A stretch of DNA of 64,000 bases from Candidatus Hermodarchaeota archaeon (GTDB lineage: Archaea > Asgardarchaeota > Lokiarchaeia > Sigyniarchaeales > SOKP01). Made by a program: the position numbers and the translations under genes. The stretch covers positions 2,592 to 66,591 of the forward strand of contig JBHLLI010000001.1 in the NCBI GenBank assembly GCA_048885765.1. Reading direction: 5' to 3'. Below the pieces are notes generated by a model. That model was not told where the DNA came from and did not search any database. It saw only the letters and a list, made by a program, of their open reading frames with translations. Below are positions 63,844 to 64,000 of this stretch, piece by piece. Each line of letters starts with the position of its first letter. The stretch's first letter is position 1.

Positions 63844-64000
63844 ATGATAGAGACTTCATCTACTGATCCAGACATTTTAAGAATGGAAGAAAATATTGCA
63901 CAAATCTTAGATCGAGCAGTTAAACTCTTTAGAAGAACCAACCTTGAGGAACTCGCGGATAAGTGGGATAGGATTTTAAAAACCTACAATTCAAAGAAAA
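63844..64000 (+). CDS. 5' part of an ORF running off the window (unknown function)
   Basis: An ATG at 63844 is followed by 52 open codons (MIETSSTDPDILRMEENIAQILDRAVKLFRRTNLEELADKWDRILKTYNSKK) to the window edge. Confidence 0.35.
   Translation, partial: MIETSSTDPDILRMEENIAQILDRAVKLFRRTNLEELADKWDRILKTYNSKK

Noticed and set aside
1-64000. tRNA, rRNA or other structured RNA genes
   Set aside because: In such AT-rich archaeal DNA, stable RNA genes appear as GC-rich islands. I saw none in any intergenic region, and no cloverleaf-compatible sequence was found by eye. A tRNAscan or Infernal run would be needed to be certain.

Overview
This is a strongly AT-rich archaeal chromosomal segment with about 46 protein-coding genes. 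By eye I found no rRNA, tRNA or CRISPR array and no GC-rich islands. All functional calls come from motif recognition in the supplied translations; no database search was possible.

The gene content points to an Asgard (Lokiarchaeia-like) archaeon, which is an inference. The evidence is:
- A nearly complete archaeal-type mevalonate/isoprenoid supercluster at 27.8-42.1 kb. It holds UppS, HMG-CoA synthase, the two AcnX phosphomevalonate dehydratase subunits, a UbiD-like decarboxylase, UbiX, class II HMG-CoA reductase, mevalonate kinase, an IPK-IDI2 fusion and GGPP synthase. A solo TnpB element interrupts it.
- Roadblock/LC7 domains fused to Ras-superfamily small GTPases.
- Several longin-like domains.
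- A ubiquitin-like beta-grasp domain.

Other content:
- VOC, atypical SDR, GNAT and HD proteins.
- Two NosD-like beta-helix surface proteins.
- A tandem triplet of MBL-fold hydrolases.
- An amidohydrolase, a GCS2/YbdK-type carboxylate-amine ligase and an acyl-CoA ligase.
- A GH38 / PHP-like / alkaline-phosphatase-superfamily hydrolase cluster.
- An orphan SPPY DNA methyltransferase.

The best candidate for an undescribed system involves two loci, 1.2-11.7 kb and 51.1-59.7 kb.
- Four large surface proteins rich in N-glycosylation sequons share a conserved basic cytoplasmic juxtamembrane tail.
- A longin-like plus tandem winged-helix module is fused behind that tail in the 2084-aa protein. In the other locus it is a separate 375-aa protein in the same operon as three tail-bearing surface proteins. 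This is a Rosetta-stone relationship.
- The fused version lies divergent to a longin-GTPase-Roadblock-GTPase gene.
- Together this suggests a transmembrane receptor/adaptor/small-GTPase module.
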